Notes: generated from the sequence alone by a model not told the origin. Numbered from the stretch's first letter, positions 1 to 11,319 are shown. The stretch: 64,000 nucleotides of DNA from Lachnospiraceae bacterium UBA3401 (GCA_002358575.1 DEPD01000093.1:14487-78486); one strand, 5' to 3'. A program made the numbers and translations.

Positions 1-900
1 ACCGATTGCAGTCCTTATGCGCCTGCGCTGTACGAGGCAGATGCCCATTATATCGTACCGCGCATTACAGAGCCAGGGTATCTGGAGGTTGTATATGATA
101 TTTGCAGAAAAGAATCGATTACAGGGGTGCTTTCACTTATTGATCCAGAATTGTCATTGATTGCGGCGCACAAAGATCAGTTTGCGGCGCTGGGAGTGAC
201 TGTGGTTGGTTCTGATTATGCGCTGTGTGAGCGCACATTGAATAAGTGGGAGCTGTATTGCTGGATGAAGGAGCATCAATATCCCTGCGTGAAAACATAT
301 GTGTCTTTGGAGGACTTTGACAAAGCGCTTGGTCAGGGGGAAATTGCGTTTCCTGTATTTGTAAAACCGATGAAGGGCAGTGCCAGCATACAGATTGCAA
401 AGGCGGAGGACCGGGAAACAGCAGCATTTTTGTTCTCACACGGCGAGGAAATGATTATACAGGAATATATGACAGGGCAGGAAATTGGAGCAGACGTCTA
501 TATTGACTTAATAAGCGGGGAAGTGGTGTCTATTTTTACCAAAAAGAAGTTGGTGATGCGTGCCGGCGAGACAGACAAGGCCATATCCTTTTTTGACGCG
601 AATCTAAACAGTCAGATAACACAGTTTGTCCGTGAGAATGGTTTTGCGGGGCAGATTGATATTGACTTGTTTGAGCAGGGCGGCGTGTACTATTTTTCGG
701 AGGTAAATCCGCGGTTTGGCGGCGGTTATCCTCATGCATATGCCTGTGGTGTAGACCATATGACACTGATTAAAAAGAATCTTCAGGGCATTACCAATCC
801 AGTGAGGACAACACCTTATCCAGAAAATCAGGTTATGATGAAATATTGCGAAATTATGCTGGTTGATGCAGCAGCGTCCAAAAAGGAAGCAGAAATATGA
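1..900 (+). CDS. ATP-grasp family ligase (5' end cut by window edge)
   Basis: Frame 1 is open from nt 1 to TGA 898-900; the track ORF 127..900 begins at an internal GTG. ATP-grasp-like motifs: FPVFVKPMKGSAS, MIIQEYMTGQE, SEVNPRFGGGYP. ATGA overlap with the next gene. Confidence 0.8.
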   Translation, partial: TDCSPYAPALYEADAHYIVPRITEPGYLEVVYDICRKESITGVLSLIDPELSLIAAHKDQFAALGVTVVGSDYALCERTLNKWELYCWMKEHQYPCVKTYVSLEDFDKALGQGEIAFPVFVKPMKGSASIQIAKAEDRETAAFLFSHGEEMIIQEYMTGQEIGADVYIDLISGEVVSIFTKKKLVMRAGETDKAISFFDANLNSQITQFVRENGFAGQIDIDLFEQGGVYYFSEVNPRFGGGYPHAYACGVDHMTLIKKNLQGITNPVRTTPYPENQVMMKYCEIMLVDAAASKKEAEI

Positions 901-2003
901 ACAAAATACTAATTTTGGCAAATTCTGCGAGCGGACTCTATGATTTTCGGAATGAATTAATTCTGGAACTGTTGAACATGTATGAAGTACATATCAGCCT
1001 TCCAGACGGAGAACAGGTGCCGCAGCTTGCAGAGGAAGGCTGTAGAATGCATCACACAGCAATTGACAGACGCGGCGTTAATCCAGCGCGTGATTTAAAG
1101 CTTCTATGCAGTTATTGGAGATTGATTCGCCATATCAAACCTAAGATAGTCCTCACGTACACAATTAAACCCAATATTTATGGAAATATTTGTTGCCGAT
1201 TACAGCGAGTGCCCTATATTGCCAATATTACTGGACTTGGATCTGCGTTTGAGAATAATGGGATAATACAAAAGATTGTGACGGTTCTTTATCGTGTTGC
1301 ACTAAAGAACGCAACGTGTATTTTTTTTCAGAATCAAGAGAATCAAAAGATTTTTGCGCGGTTTGGCATTCACGGCAAAAAGAGCAGGCTGGTACCAGGC
1401 TCAGGAGTGAATCTTGACAGACACTGTGTTCAGGAATATCCTTTAGAGGAAGAACGCATGATATTTTTGTATGTTGGAAGAATTATGCAGGAGAAGGGGA
1501 TTGATGAGTTGTTGTATACAGCGGAGGCAGTCTACAAAGAATATCCAAAAGTGTTGTTTCAACTGGTGGGGAACTATGAGGAAAATTACAAGGAGAAAAT
1601 TGTGCGCACACAGGAAAGCGGCGCTTTGGAACTTATTGGATATCAGAAAGATATCACTCCATTTTACCGGAGGGCTTCCGCAGTGCTAATGCCAAGCTAC
1701 CATGAAGGCATGTCAAACGTGATTCTTGAAGCTGCGGCGAGCGGCAGACCTGTTTTGGCGACAAACATTTCGGGTTGTCAGGAAGGTTTTGAAGATGGTG
1801 TAACTGGATTTGGATTTCCGCCTAAAGACCAAGAGGCGCTATATCGAACAGTTATTCGATTTATCAATTTATCCTATGAGGAGCGCGTGCAGATGGGAAG
1901 ACGCGGGCGCGAAAAAATGGAGCGGGAGTTTGACCGAACGAAGGTGGTACAGGCTTATCTACAAGAAATACAGAGCGCAGGAAAGGAGTATGCTTTAAAA
2001 TGA
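897..2003 (+). CDS. GT4 (GT-B fold) glycosyltransferase
   Basis: 368 aa. C-terminal GT4 signature [40 protein letters not shown] (E-x7-E). Start overlaps the upstream stop and its stop overlaps the next start. Confidence 0.85.
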   Translation: MNKILILANSASGLYDFRNELILELLNMYEVHISLPDGEQVPQLAEEGCRMHHTAIDRRGVNPARDLKLLCSYWRLIRHIKPKIVLTYTIKPNIYGNICCRLQRVPYIANITGLGSAFENNGIIQKIVTVLYRVALKNATCIFFQNQENQKIFARFGIHGKKSRLVPGSGVNLDRHCVQEYPLEEERMIFLYVGRIMQEKGIDELLYTAEAVYKEYPKVLFQLVGNYEENYKEKIVRTQESGALELIGYQKDITPFYRRASAVLMPSYHEGMSNVILEAAASGRPVLATNISGCQEGFEDGVTGFGFPPKDQEALYRTVIRFINLSYEERVQMGRRGREKMEREFDRTKVVQAYLQEIQSAGKEYALK

Positions 2004-3316
2004 GTTTATATGAAGAGATTGTAAATGGAAAAGAGAAATTGTCACTGGTTGGGCTTGGCTATGTGGGAATGCCAATTGCCGTTGCATTTGCAAAAAAGAT
2101 TCAGGTGATAGGGTTTGACCTTAATGCGGCAAAGATTGACCTCTACAAGTCCGGTGTGGACCCTACAAATGAAGTGGGCAATGCGGTGATTAAAAGTACA
2201 ACAGTGGAGTTTACCGCAGACCCGTCCAGATTAAAAGAGGCAAAGTTTCATATTGTGGCGGTTCCAACCCCTGTCAATGATGATCATACGCCAGATTTGA
2301 CGCCCGTAGAGGGGGCAAGTCGCATCTTAGGGCAGAATCTTACCAAAGGGTCTATTGTTGTGTTTGAGTCCACTGTATATCCAGGGGTTACGGAGGAAGT
2401 CTGTGTACCAATTCTGGAAAAAGAGTCTGGATTAAAGTGCGGCGTGGATTTTAAAATTGGCTACTCACCGGAGCGTATCAATCCAGGGGACAAGGTGCAT
2501 CGTCTGGAAACTATCACAAAGATTGTATCAGGTATGGATGCGGAGACTCTAAATGAGATTGCACAGGTGTATGAGCTTGTGGTGGAAGCGGGCGTGTATC
2601 GGGCAGAATCCATCAAGGTTGCGGAGGCGGCAAAGGTTATCGAGAACAGCCAGCGAGATATCAACATTGCCTTTATGAACGAGCTTTCAATTATCTTTAA
2701 TAAGATGGGCATTGACACAAAGTCTGTTTTGGCTGCGGCAGGAACCAAATGGAATTTCTTAAACTTTCAGCCGGGACTTGTAGGAGGCCACTGTATTGGC
2801 GTGGACCCTTATTATCTGACGTACAAGGCCGAACAGCTTGGATATCATTCGCAGATTATTCTTTCTGGACGCCGCATCAATGATGATATGGGAAAATATG
2901 TGGCAGAAAATTTAGTAAAGAATCTAATTCGGGCGGATATTCCTGTAAAGAGTGCCAAGGTAGCAATTCTTGGCTTTACTTTCAAAGAAAATTGTCCAGA
3001 TACGAGGAACACTAAGATTATTGATATCTATAATGAATTGAAAGAATATGGCATCACAGCGCAGGTGACAGATGACAATGCAGACGCGGATGAGGCAAAG
3101 CGGCTTTATGGAATCGAATTTACGCCGATGGCAGAGATTCACGACTGTGATGCAGTGATTCTTGCCGTGGCACATGAGGCGTACAAATCGCTTGACATGG
3201 CAGCGATAAATGCACTCTACGCGGAAAATGGCAAGGCAAAAGTGCTGACGGACTTAAAGGGAATCTTGGATAAAAAGGCGTATATTGACGCAGGATATAT
3301 CTATTGGAGGTTATAA
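2000..3316 (+). CDS. UDP-N-acetylhexosamine 6-dehydrogenase (TviB/WbpO/WecC-type nucleotide-sugar dehydrogenase)
   Basis: 438 aa. Rossmann motif [16 protein letters not shown] and catalytic Cys motif [11 protein letters not shown]. Size and layout fit the UDP-Glc/GDP-Man dehydrogenase family. An epimerase partner lies 1.4 kb downstream. Confidence 0.85.
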   Translation: MSLYEEIVNGKEKLSLVGLGYVGMPIAVAFAKKIQVIGFDLNAAKIDLYKSGVDPTNEVGNAVIKSTTVEFTADPSRLKEAKFHIVAVPTPVNDDHTPDLTPVEGASRILGQNLTKGSIVVFESTVYPGVTEEVCVPILEKESGLKCGVDFKIGYSPERINPGDKVHRLETITKIVSGMDAETLNEIAQVYELVVEAGVYRAESIKVAEAAKVIENSQRDINIAFMNELSIIFNKMGIDTKSVLAAAGTKWNFLNFQPGLVGGHCIGVDPYYLTYKAEQLGYHSQIILSGRRINDDMGKYVAENLVKNLIRADIPVKSAKVAILGFTFKENCPDTRNTKIIDIYNELKEYGITAQVTDDNADADEAKRLYGIEFTPMAEIHDCDAVILAVAHEAYKSLDMAAINALYAENGKAKVLTDLKGILDKKAYIDAGYIYWRL

Positions 3317-4734
3317 AAAGCAGAGGAATGAGAAAGAAGAAAACAGATTTTATTCCTGCTGGTATTTTTATCCTGTTTTTTGGCTTTCTGTTTCTGACAG
3401 GAGAGCCAACTTATGCCGGGGATACATTTCAGCATGAAAATCAGATGATTATGCGGGAGCCTGGATATGCGCTGCTGATTCAGTTGCTAAGATTCTTGTC
3501 ACCTCAAAAACATTACTGGTTACTGATTGCAGTACAGAATTTGCTGGCGGTTGTGGCAGACACTGTGGTGATTGCTTTTATGCGCCGCCATTTTTCGCTG
3601 CGGCTTCCAGAAACAATGCTCTTTACAGCAATTTTGCTGATACCACATCTGATGACTCCAATTCTTTCTAGCGCACATCTTGTGCTGACCAACGCCTTGA
3701 TGACGGAAGGGATTTTGTTTTCATTGTATCCGCTAGGATTTATTAGCCTCTTAAAAATGATAGAGTCCGGTAAAGCGATAGGCCGCGAAAGTGTTTGTAC
3801 TATTGGAGGGTTTTTCCTTCTGTCAATGATTCGCGGACAGATGATGGCATTATTTGTTGTCTGGTTTCTTGTGGCCTATATTTTGGTGGTGAAAAATGGG
3901 ATTCGGGAGACAAATCAGACAGCGGATAAAAGAAATACTTTTGTACTGGCAGAGAATATTGCGCGACAGGGGTTAATTGGTATTTGCGCAGTATTTGTCA
4001 TTGCATTTGCGGCGCGCAGCATCTTGATTCGCGGGTATAATTATTTGGAGCAGGGATTGTTTGTAGGAACTGCATCTGGAAAGGCAATGGCTTTTGCCAA
4101 TGTGCTGTATGTAACGGACCGCGAAGATGGCGAAGCGATTGAAGACGAAGCGTTAAGAGCACTTTTCTATGAGATTTATGACAGTGCAGATGCAGACAAA
4201 ATGAATTATAAATATGCGCCGTCTGGCTTGTTAAACAGGGCGGCACATCATGAGCAGTGCCATGATGAACTGAACTTCACATACTTTGCAGAGCCGACAA
4301 AACAGTTTTTAACACGGACACAAGGACTTTATGTTGACCGCTTTCAGGAGTTGATGGTCGCGGTTGACCAGATAGCAGAAAGGTTAAGCGCAGCACTGAT
4401 GCCGCGGGTCTTCTTGCGCTATCTGCGCAATTATATCAGTGTGATTGCTCTGGGATTTGTGAGAACAGTTTCCTATGAGAGCCCTTTGTTGGTCTGGTAT
4501 GCTGTCTTTATCTATCTGGCGGCTGTGGTGCTGACAATAAAGCTTTTTAAAAGGGGCAGAGGAAGTCAGGCAGCGCCCTTTATGGCAGTTGTTCTGCTTA
4601 CAATTATGGGAAATGTATGTGCGACAGCATTAATGGTACAATGTATTTCACGATATATGATTTATAATTTACCGTTATTTTATATGGCTGGATTTTTGGA
4701 GCTGCGAGAGCTGGCAAGAGTCAAACGAGAATGA
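3304..4734 (+). CDS. Multipass membrane protein, GT-C/polymerase-like, paralog of 9714..11144
   Basis: 476 aa with many hydrophobic segments. First-loop motif [20 protein letters not shown] and C-terminal [17 protein letters not shown] are both mirrored in the 9714 gene. Start is uncertain: TTG 3304 or ATG 3328. Confidence 0.7.
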   Translation: MEVIKSRGMRKKKTDFIPAGIFILFFGFLFLTGEPTYAGDTFQHENQMIMREPGYALLIQLLRFLSPQKHYWLLIAVQNLLAVVADTVVIAFMRRHFSLRLPETMLFTAILLIPHLMTPILSSAHLVLTNALMTEGILFSLYPLGFISLLKMIESGKAIGRESVCTIGGFFLLSMIRGQMMALFVVWFLVAYILVVKNGIRETNQTADKRNTFVLAENIARQGLIGICAVFVIAFAARSILIRGYNYLEQGLFVGTASGKAMAFANVLYVTDREDGEAIEDEALRALFYEIYDSADADKMNYKYAPSGLLNRAAHHEQCHDELNFTYFAEPTKQFLTRTQGLYVDRFQELMVAVDQIAERLSAALMPRVFLRYLRNYISVIALGFVRTVSYESPLLVWYAVFIYLAAVVLTIKLFKRGRGSQAAPFMAVVLLTIMGNVCATALMVQCISRYMIYNLPLFYMAGFLELRELARVKRE

Positions 4735-4754
4735 GAGGAGAATAAAAGTTCGAT

Positions 4755-5729
4755 ATGGGATATTTGGATCTAAAATTTGACAAAGAAAGCACTTTCCTTG
4801 TGACAGGCGGAGCGGGATTTATTGGTTCTAATTTGTGCGAGGCGTTGACAGATATGGGATATCAGGTACGGTCTTTAGATGACCTTTCCACCGGAAGAGA
4901 AGAGAATGTACAGATGTTTTTAGATCGGTCAAACTATACATTCATAAAAGGAGATATCAAAAATCTGGACACTTGTATGGAAGCTTGTAAAGGTGTGGAT
5001 TATGTTCTGCATCAAGCAGCGTGGGGATCTGTTCCAAGAAGTATTGAAATGCCTATTTTTTATGAGCAGAATAATATTTTAGGTACACTCAATATGATGG
5101 AAGCAGCAAGGCAAAATAAAGTAAAGAAATTTGTTTATGCCTCTAGTTCCTCTGTGTATGGAGACCACCCGGTACTGCCCAAAAAAGAGGGGCAGGAAGG
5201 CAATCTGCTCTCGCCCTATGCACTTACAAAGCGCACAGGAGAAGAGTATGGCAAGCTCTATAAAAAGCTCTATCAGTTGGATACTTACGGGCTTCGCTAT
5301 TTTAATGTATTTGGCCGCAGACAAGACCCAAATGGCGCTTATGCAGCCGTAATTCCCAAATTTATCAAACAGCTCATGGATGGCGAAGTGCCCACAATCA
5401 ATGGAGATGGGAAGCAGTCGCGGGATTTTACCTATATTGACAATGTGATTGAGGCAAATCTAAAGGCATGTCTGGCCTCAAGTGATGTAGCAGGAGAGGC
5501 ATTTAATATTGCTTACGGTGGACGGGAATATCTCATTGATATTTATTATGATCTGTGCAGGGCACTTGGAAAAGAAGTGGAGCCAAAGTTTGGGCCAGAC
5601 CGTGCGGGGGATATTAAACACTCAAATGCTGATATTTCCAAGGCAAGGAAACTGTTGGGATATGCGCCAGAGTTTGATTTTGAGCGTGGAATTGCGCTTG
5701 CAATTGACTGGTACAGGGAAAATCTATGA
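4755..5729 (+). CDS. NAD-dependent SDR epimerase, WbpP/TviC-like UDP-HexNAc(A) 4-epimerase
   Basis: 324 aa. TGGAGFIGSNL cofactor motif, catalytic SPYALTK (YxxxK), and RYFNVFGRRQDP typical of the extended SDR 4-epimerase group. Confidence 0.85.
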   Translation: MGYLDLKFDKESTFLVTGGAGFIGSNLCEALTDMGYQVRSLDDLSTGREENVQMFLDRSNYTFIKGDIKNLDTCMEACKGVDYVLHQAAWGSVPRSIEMPIFYEQNNILGTLNMMEAARQNKVKKFVYASSSSVYGDHPVLPKKEGQEGNLLSPYALTKRTGEEYGKLYKKLYQLDTYGLRYFNVFGRRQDPNGAYAAVIPKFIKQLMDGEVPTINGDGKQSRDFTYIDNVIEANLKACLASSDVAGEAFNIAYGGREYLIDIYYDLCRALGKEVEPKFGPDRAGDIKHSNADISKARKLLGYAPEFDFERGIALAIDWYRENL

Positions 5730-6508
5730 GAATCAGCATAAGGATGGATGATATCACACCTGATATGGATTGGGCAAAGTTTCTTAGATTTAAGGAACTT
5801 TGCGATCTGTATCAGGTTAAACCGCTTATAGGGGTGGTGCCAGACAATCAGGATGCAAACCTTCATATTGCGTCTTCCGAATCAGATGTAGCAAGATCGT
5901 TTTGGAAATATATTAAGGGTTTGGAAAATGAGGGCTGGTGTATTGCACAGCATGGAGTAACACATGTGTATACTACAAAAAAGATGGGGTGTTTTCCGCT
6001 CAATAGGCTCTCAGAGCTTGCAGGAACAGGATATGAAAGTCAATTTGCAGCGCTAAAGCGCGGTAGAGATATCCTTCTGGCACATGGGATTGAAACAGAG
6101 ATATTTATGGCACCTGCACATTCGTTCGATATAAATACAATCAAAGCTTTGCAGAAGCTTGGATTTTCCAAAATGACGGACGGTTTTGGCAATAGACCCT
6201 ATCTATGGCGGAGTATGACATTCTATCCAATCTCATACAGACAGAGCAGTTGCCTGAAAAAGAACGGTGGTTACACTACGTTTGTTGTTCATTCTAACAC
6301 TATGAATGACAAGGATTTTGCACACTACGAAAAACTTTTTGCAGAGTACAAGGACCGACTGATTTCCTATGCGGAATTGACGACAGTTGGAGCAAAGAGG
6401 CGCGGAGTGTTTGGGAAGGCAGCAGAGTATGCAATGGCGCTAACAAAATATATACTGATAAGCGGCAAAAGAATCTTCAAGGACATAAGGAAGTTAAACA
6501 GTTCCTAG
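5726..6508 (+). CDS. DUF2334 / polysaccharide-deacetylase-like protein
   Basis: 260 aa. N-terminus MRISIRMDDITPDMDW...KPLIGVVPDN matches, from memory, the DUF2334 deacetylase-like family. ATGA overlap with the epimerase gene. Confidence 0.55.
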   Translation: MRISIRMDDITPDMDWAKFLRFKELCDLYQVKPLIGVVPDNQDANLHIASSESDVARSFWKYIKGLENEGWCIAQHGVTHVYTTKKMGCFPLNRLSELAGTGYESQFAALKRGRDILLAHGIETEIFMAPAHSFDINTIKALQKLGFSKMTDGFGNRPYLWRSMTFYPISYRQSSCLKKNGGYTTFVVHSNTMNDKDFAHYEKLFAEYKDRLISYAELTTVGAKRRGVFGKAAEYAMALTKYILISGKRIFKDIRKLNSS

Positions 6509-6541
6509 GATTCTGAGAAGATAAAATTAGAGGGAAAAATT

Positions 6542-7681
6542 ATGACAGATCCGGTAAGAGTATTAAATGTTTTAGGAACAACAAATCTTGGCGGTGCGGA
6601 GAGCAGGGTCATGGAGCTGTACCGAGCGATAAACAAAAGGAAGGTGCAGTTTGACTTTCTTGTGCACACGGACAAAGAAGGGCAGTATGATGCAGAAATA
6701 CATCAACTTGGAGGCATGATTTATCATGTCCCGCGCTTTCGAGTAATCAATATCTTGTCCTATCGCAAGACACTGCACAGATTTTTTCAGGAGCATAAAG
6801 AGTTTGTGGCTGTGCAGGGACATATGACAAGCACTGCTGCAATCTATCTTCCAATCGCTAAAAGGGCAGGAATTTCTATGACTATCGCACATGCGCGGAG
6901 CGCTGGCGTGGACCGCGGGTTAAAAGGGGTTGCGACTAAAATGCTGCGCAGTTCGCTAAAATACAAGGCAGATTATTGTTTTACCTGCTCTGCGGAGGCG
7001 GCGGAGGCGGTTTATGGCAGGAACTGGATCGAGGCAGGCAAAGTGTGGACAATTCCAAATGCAATTGATGTACAGCGCTTTGTCTTTCAGGAAACAGTGC
7101 GGCAACAGGTGCGTAAAGAGTTGGGATTTGAACATGAATTTGTTATAGGACATGTTGGCAGATTTGGCTTTATGAAAAATCATAGTTATCTGATTGATAT
7201 TTTTGCACAGCTATGCAAAATACGTGATGATGCGGCGCTGGTGCTGATTGGAGAGGGCGAGTTAAAACAGGAGATTCAGGAGAAGGTCAATCGACTTGGG
7301 TTAGCTAACAGAGTTCGCTTTTTAGGCAATCGTTTTGATGTGGAACGGTATTATCAAGCTTTTGACTATTTTGTCTTTCCGTCACTGTTTGAGGGGTTAC
7401 CAGGCAGTGTGGCGGAGGCGCAGGCTTCTGGACTGCGGTGTCTGGTGTCGGACAAGGTTACAAAAGAGGCTGCGCTGACAGATTTAGTTACTTATAAGAG
7501 TATTGAGGAGCCTGCTGCAAGCTGGGCGAGCGAGGTTATGAGGAACAGCAAAAAAGCGTTGGTGCGTGAGGATATGCGCGCTGTGATTGCCGCAAAGGAT
7601 TTTGATGTGCAAAAGCTTGCGGCGAAAATGGAAGCTTTTTATATGAGCGGCAAAAATCCGCCGGGGTCTGTGACTCGGTAA
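6542..7681 (+). CDS. GT4 glycosyltransferase
   Basis: 379 aa. N-terminal NLGGAESRVMELY and C-terminal FPSLFEGLPGSVAEAQASGLRCLVSD (E-x7-E). Confidence 0.85.
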   Translation: MTDPVRVLNVLGTTNLGGAESRVMELYRAINKRKVQFDFLVHTDKEGQYDAEIHQLGGMIYHVPRFRVINILSYRKTLHRFFQEHKEFVAVQGHMTSTAAIYLPIAKRAGISMTIAHARSAGVDRGLKGVATKMLRSSLKYKADYCFTCSAEAAEAVYGRNWIEAGKVWTIPNAIDVQRFVFQETVRQQVRKELGFEHEFVIGHVGRFGFMKNHSYLIDIFAQLCKIRDDAALVLIGEGELKQEIQEKVNRLGLANRVRFLGNRFDVERYYQAFDYFVFPSLFEGLPGSVAEAQASGLRCLVSDKVTKEAALTDLVTYKSIEEPAASWASEVMRNSKKALVREDMRAVIAAKDFDVQKLAAKMEAFYMSGKNPPGSVTR

Positions 7682-7707
7682 ATTATGATAGAAAGGGAAA
7701 AGACCAC

Positions 7708-8493
7708 ATGATAGATACTTCATATCGGAAAAAATTTTTAACAGTGAATCAGATTTGGTATCCGAATGCGCTGAGTATCTCAGAGCTTTTACAGCAGAAG
7801 CGAACCGCGGATATTTTGTTTGTTCATGGGGTGCCTGTTGAGGAGACAAAAGGCAGGTTTCGAGGCTGGCAGGAATACCATACTTGTATGAGTGATTTAA
7901 CCTTGCCAGAAGAGAAATTATTTGCTCAAATCAATAAAAATGTGCGGTATGAATGCAGAAGAAGTGAGCGGGATGGTATTGAAATTCGTTTTTACAAAAA
8001 GGCTGAGATTAAGACAGACAGAAAAATTCTGGACATTTTTGCAGAGATGTATGAGAAGATGTATCAGTCAAAGGGAATTGAGACGAAATTTAATCTGACA
8101 GCCATTGAAAAATATTTGGAAACGGATAGTATTTGTTTTTCCGCAGTATGGCGGCAAGATGAACCGATTGTGTTTCATTCTTATATTTATGATGTGCATG
8201 ACGCAAGACTTTTGCACTCTGCTTCGTGTTTTCGCGAGGAGAGCGCGGACCAGAATCTAATAGGGCGCGCAAACAAAAAGCTTCAATGGGAGGATATGAA
8301 GTACTTTAAGGAGCAAGGTGTGCTTCGCTATGACTGGGGTGGTATCTCAGACTTTGACAATCCCAATGGTATCGACGAATTTAAATTGAAGTTTGGCGGG
8401 GATAAAATTACGTATTACAATGTTTTTGCGGGGAATACACTGCTGGGAAAGCTTGCAGTTACAGCAATGAAAAAGATGAAAAGAGTGAACTGA
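7708..8493 (+). CDS. FemAB-like / GNAT-fold (aminoacyl or acyl) transferase
   Basis: 261 aa. NVRYECRRSERDGIEIRF and IDEFKLKFGGDKITYYNV resemble FemAB/Acetyltransf_6 family signatures. The assignment rests on these motifs only. Confidence 0.5.
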   Translation: MIDTSYRKKFLTVNQIWYPNALSISELLQQKRTADILFVHGVPVEETKGRFRGWQEYHTCMSDLTLPEEKLFAQINKNVRYECRRSERDGIEIRFYKKAEIKTDRKILDIFAEMYEKMYQSKGIETKFNLTAIEKYLETDSICFSAVWRQDEPIVFHSYIYDVHDARLLHSASCFREESADQNLIGRANKKLQWEDMKYFKEQGVLRYDWGGISDFDNPNGIDEFKLKFGGDKITYYNVFAGNTLLGKLAVTAMKKMKRVN

Positions 8494-8494
8494 T

Positions 8495-9679
8495 TTGGAA
8501 AATAAGAAAAAGCGTATTATGCTGATTGTGCCCATGCTTGACCAAGGGGGATTAGAACGCGTGTGCGCAACTACTGCACAACTTTTAAAAAAAGAATATG
8601 CTGTTTATTTGGTGGTATTTAATACGACAGGCATGATTTATGATGTGTCGGGAGTGGATATGATAGATTTAAAGCTTGGAGCAGTTGAGGGCAAGTTGGG
8701 AAAAGCAGTCAATGTCATGCGCAGAGTAAAGCGTGTAAGACAGCTTAAAAAAAGATTTGACATTCAATTGAGCTACAGTTTTGGGCCAACCGCAAATCTT
8801 GTGAATGTACTGTCTAAGCAAAAAGATTTTACTTGGGCGGGCATTCGGGGATATGGCGCATTAAGTAACAAAGTTGCCATGAAACTGGTCTGTCGGCTTG
8901 CGGACAGAGTGATAAGCTGCACACGAATAATGGAACAACAAATTGGTAGACAATTTCAGCCAAAACGATCCGCAGCAGTCTACAATCCCTGTGATATTGA
9001 ACGGATTCGAGAACAGTCAAGAGAGCGGACACCAGAGGCGTTTGATTCCTTTTTTGCGCAGAGCGGGAAATTGATTGTCTCTATGGGCAGGGAACATGAT
9101 GTCAAAGGGTTCTGGCATTTAATAAAGGCGGTATCTCTAGTAAGAAAGCATTTGCCTAAGACACGGCTGATGATTATAGGGGCGGGAGATTACAATGCCT
9201 ATAAAGCACTTGCCAGACAGCTTGATATGCAGGAGGCAGTTTTGTTTACGGGAGTGCAGTCAAATCCTTTTTCTTTCTTAAGAAAGGCGGATGTCTATGC
9301 ATTGACATCAGAAAGCGAAGGGTTTCCCAATGCGTTAATAGAGGCAATGGCGGTTGGAATCCCATGCATAAGCGTAAATTGCCTTACAGGTCCGGCAGAA
9401 ATTTTGCACGAACAGTATGAACAGTGTAGGGATGACAGCCAGATATTTCATGCGAACTATGGGATTCTCACAGGTATTTTTCATGGAGAAAAAGATATGG
9501 ATGCACAGCGGTTTACCGAGGAGGAGAGACGCTTTGCAGCGGAGTTAGAGGCATTGTTAAAAGACGAACAGTTGTATCAGACATATCAGGAAGCAGCTTT
9601 AAAGCGTGCGGAGGCATTTGGAATGGATCGATATCTGTGCAGAATCCGGGAATTGATTGAGACAGATTTAGCGAATTAG
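8495..9679 (+). CDS. GT4 glycosyltransferase
   Basis: 394 aa. MLDQGGLERV N-terminus and LTSESEGFPNALIEAMAVGIPCISVNCLTGPAEIL C-terminal GT4 motif. Start is TTG 8495 or ATG 8519. Confidence 0.85.
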   Translation: MENKKKRIMLIVPMLDQGGLERVCATTAQLLKKEYAVYLVVFNTTGMIYDVSGVDMIDLKLGAVEGKLGKAVNVMRRVKRVRQLKKRFDIQLSYSFGPTANLVNVLSKQKDFTWAGIRGYGALSNKVAMKLVCRLADRVISCTRIMEQQIGRQFQPKRSAAVYNPCDIERIREQSRERTPEAFDSFFAQSGKLIVSMGREHDVKGFWHLIKAVSLVRKHLPKTRLMIIGAGDYNAYKALARQLDMQEAVLFTGVQSNPFSFLRKADVYALTSESEGFPNALIEAMAVGIPCISVNCLTGPAEILHEQYEQCRDDSQIFHANYGILTGIFHGEKDMDAQRFTEEERRFAAELEALLKDEQLYQTYQEAALKRAEAFGMDRYLCRIRELIETDLAN

Positions 9680-9713
9680 GGAACATAGGAATAGACATGC
9701 GGGAGGAAAGAGG

Positions 9714-11144
9714 TTGAAGAAAGTGCAAAAAAGGCGAGAACAGACAACTGTTGTAATTCTGTTTCTAATCAGTTTGGCATTTTATCTTTTCTGGTATCTG
9801 TTTGACGGTATTATTATAACAGAAGATGCGCCGTCTTATATTCAGATGCAGAGTGACAGAGAACCAGGATATTGCTTGTACTTATGGCTGTTTCGTGTAA
9901 CTTTTGGCGCAGAAGTTGGTCTTCATGTAGCTGTGATTGGTCAGTGTGTCATTGCGGCAGTAGCGGCGTGTGCCATAACAAGCGTGCTTGGGCGATGGTT
10001 CTCACTCAATTGGTTTGGCAGTGCAGGAATTCTTTTAATACAGTATGGGATTACGCTGTTAAACCGGTTTGTAGCGCAGCGAAGATGCAGTTATTTCAAC
10101 AGTATTGAGACGGAAGGGCTTGCATACTCGCTCTGGGTTTTCTATTTTTTGTGTATTCTTGGCATCTGGTTTCAAAGGGACAAAAAAAGTCTGGCAGGAG
10201 CGATTGCTTGGTCGATAGTATTGATTAGTATCCGAAAACAAATGCTTATTACACTGGTGATACTCTTTCTGGTGGTTTTGGTTACTTATTTTAGGAAAGA
10301 AGGCTGGAAAAAAGCTGTTGTCTCAGTACTGTTAACCTGCGTGATTGTGCTTGTAGGAACAAGATTGATTGACTGTGGTTACAATTGGATGGTGCGGGGA
10401 GAATTTGCGCCGCATACGGGGGATTCTAGCTTTATTCTTGGAACAGAATTATACCTTGCGGACAAAGAAATGGCACAGCAGATTCAAGATGCAGATAACA
10501 GAGCGCTTTTTCTGGAAATTATGCGGCGTGCCGAGGAGAAAGAATACAACATTGCCTATGCGGGCAAGGGGTGGCAGGCTATTGAGGACCATTACAGCAG
10601 CGCGTATGACCGCATTAAATTTGATATTGTGATGACTGTGATTAGAGAACAACAGGAGGCTCGGGGCGTTGCTGAGGCTGATCGGGAGGCAGACTATAAC
10701 CGGATTGCAGGGAGCATGATGCGGGACCTTCTAATGCCATCTATACCACAGTTGATCAAACTTTTTGCCTGCAATGTGATTCATGGACTGATCACAACAG
10801 TGTTAAAGGTGCACCGTCTGTTAAACTGGGCAGCATTGTTTTTGTATTTGCTTTATGGCATAACAATTTTTTTATGCGCAGACCTGTGCAGAGGAAATAA
10901 ATCTCCCCACTCGATTTCTGCAGTCTTCGCACATAAATATAACAGAGCAGAAAACAACTTTACAATGGCGAGAGAATTTGCATGGATTGTGCTGCTGGCA
11001 ATTGTGGTTAATGTCTGCTTTACATCATTGACGATCTACTGCCAAATGCGCTATATGCTATATAATACAGGATTGTTTTATCAGGCATGGTGGATTATGC
11101 TTCTACAGATTTATACTCACAGTAAGGAACTGTTCAAAAATTAA
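9714..11144 (+). CDS. Multipass membrane protein, GT-C/polymerase-like, paralog of 3304..4734
   Basis: 476 aa. TTG start sits 6 nt after GGGAGGA (9701-9707). Motifs EDAPSYIQMQSDREPGYCLYL and CQMRYMLYNTGLFYQAW parallel the 3304 gene. Confidence 0.7.
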   Translation: MKKVQKRREQTTVVILFLISLAFYLFWYLFDGIIITEDAPSYIQMQSDREPGYCLYLWLFRVTFGAEVGLHVAVIGQCVIAAVAACAITSVLGRWFSLNWFGSAGILLIQYGITLLNRFVAQRRCSYFNSIETEGLAYSLWVFYFLCILGIWFQRDKKSLAGAIAWSIVLISIRKQMLITLVILFLVVLVTYFRKEGWKKAVVSVLLTCVIVLVGTRLIDCGYNWMVRGEFAPHTGDSSFILGTELYLADKEMAQQIQDADNRALFLEIMRRAEEKEYNIAYAGKGWQAIEDHYSSAYDRIKFDIVMTVIREQQEARGVAEADREADYNRIAGSMMRDLLMPSIPQLIKLFACNVIHGLITTVLKVHRLLNWAALFLYLLYGITIFLCADLCRGNKSPHSISAVFAHKYNRAENNFTMAREFAWIVLLAIVVNVCFTSLTIYCQMRYMLYNTGLFYQAWWIMLLQIYTHSKELFKN

Positions 11145-11319
11145 ATTTGCCGTGAGTATCGCACCAGCCGCGAAGCGGCATATTTCCTATCTGAAAAATT
11201 ATCATATAAGATTTTTTAGATTGCGGCTGTATGCATCATTTTATACTGAGCAGTCAGTCCTTTTAATTGTCAGTATATTATCAGTACAGCGACTGGAAAG
11301 ATAGCAAAGGTTGAGAGAT

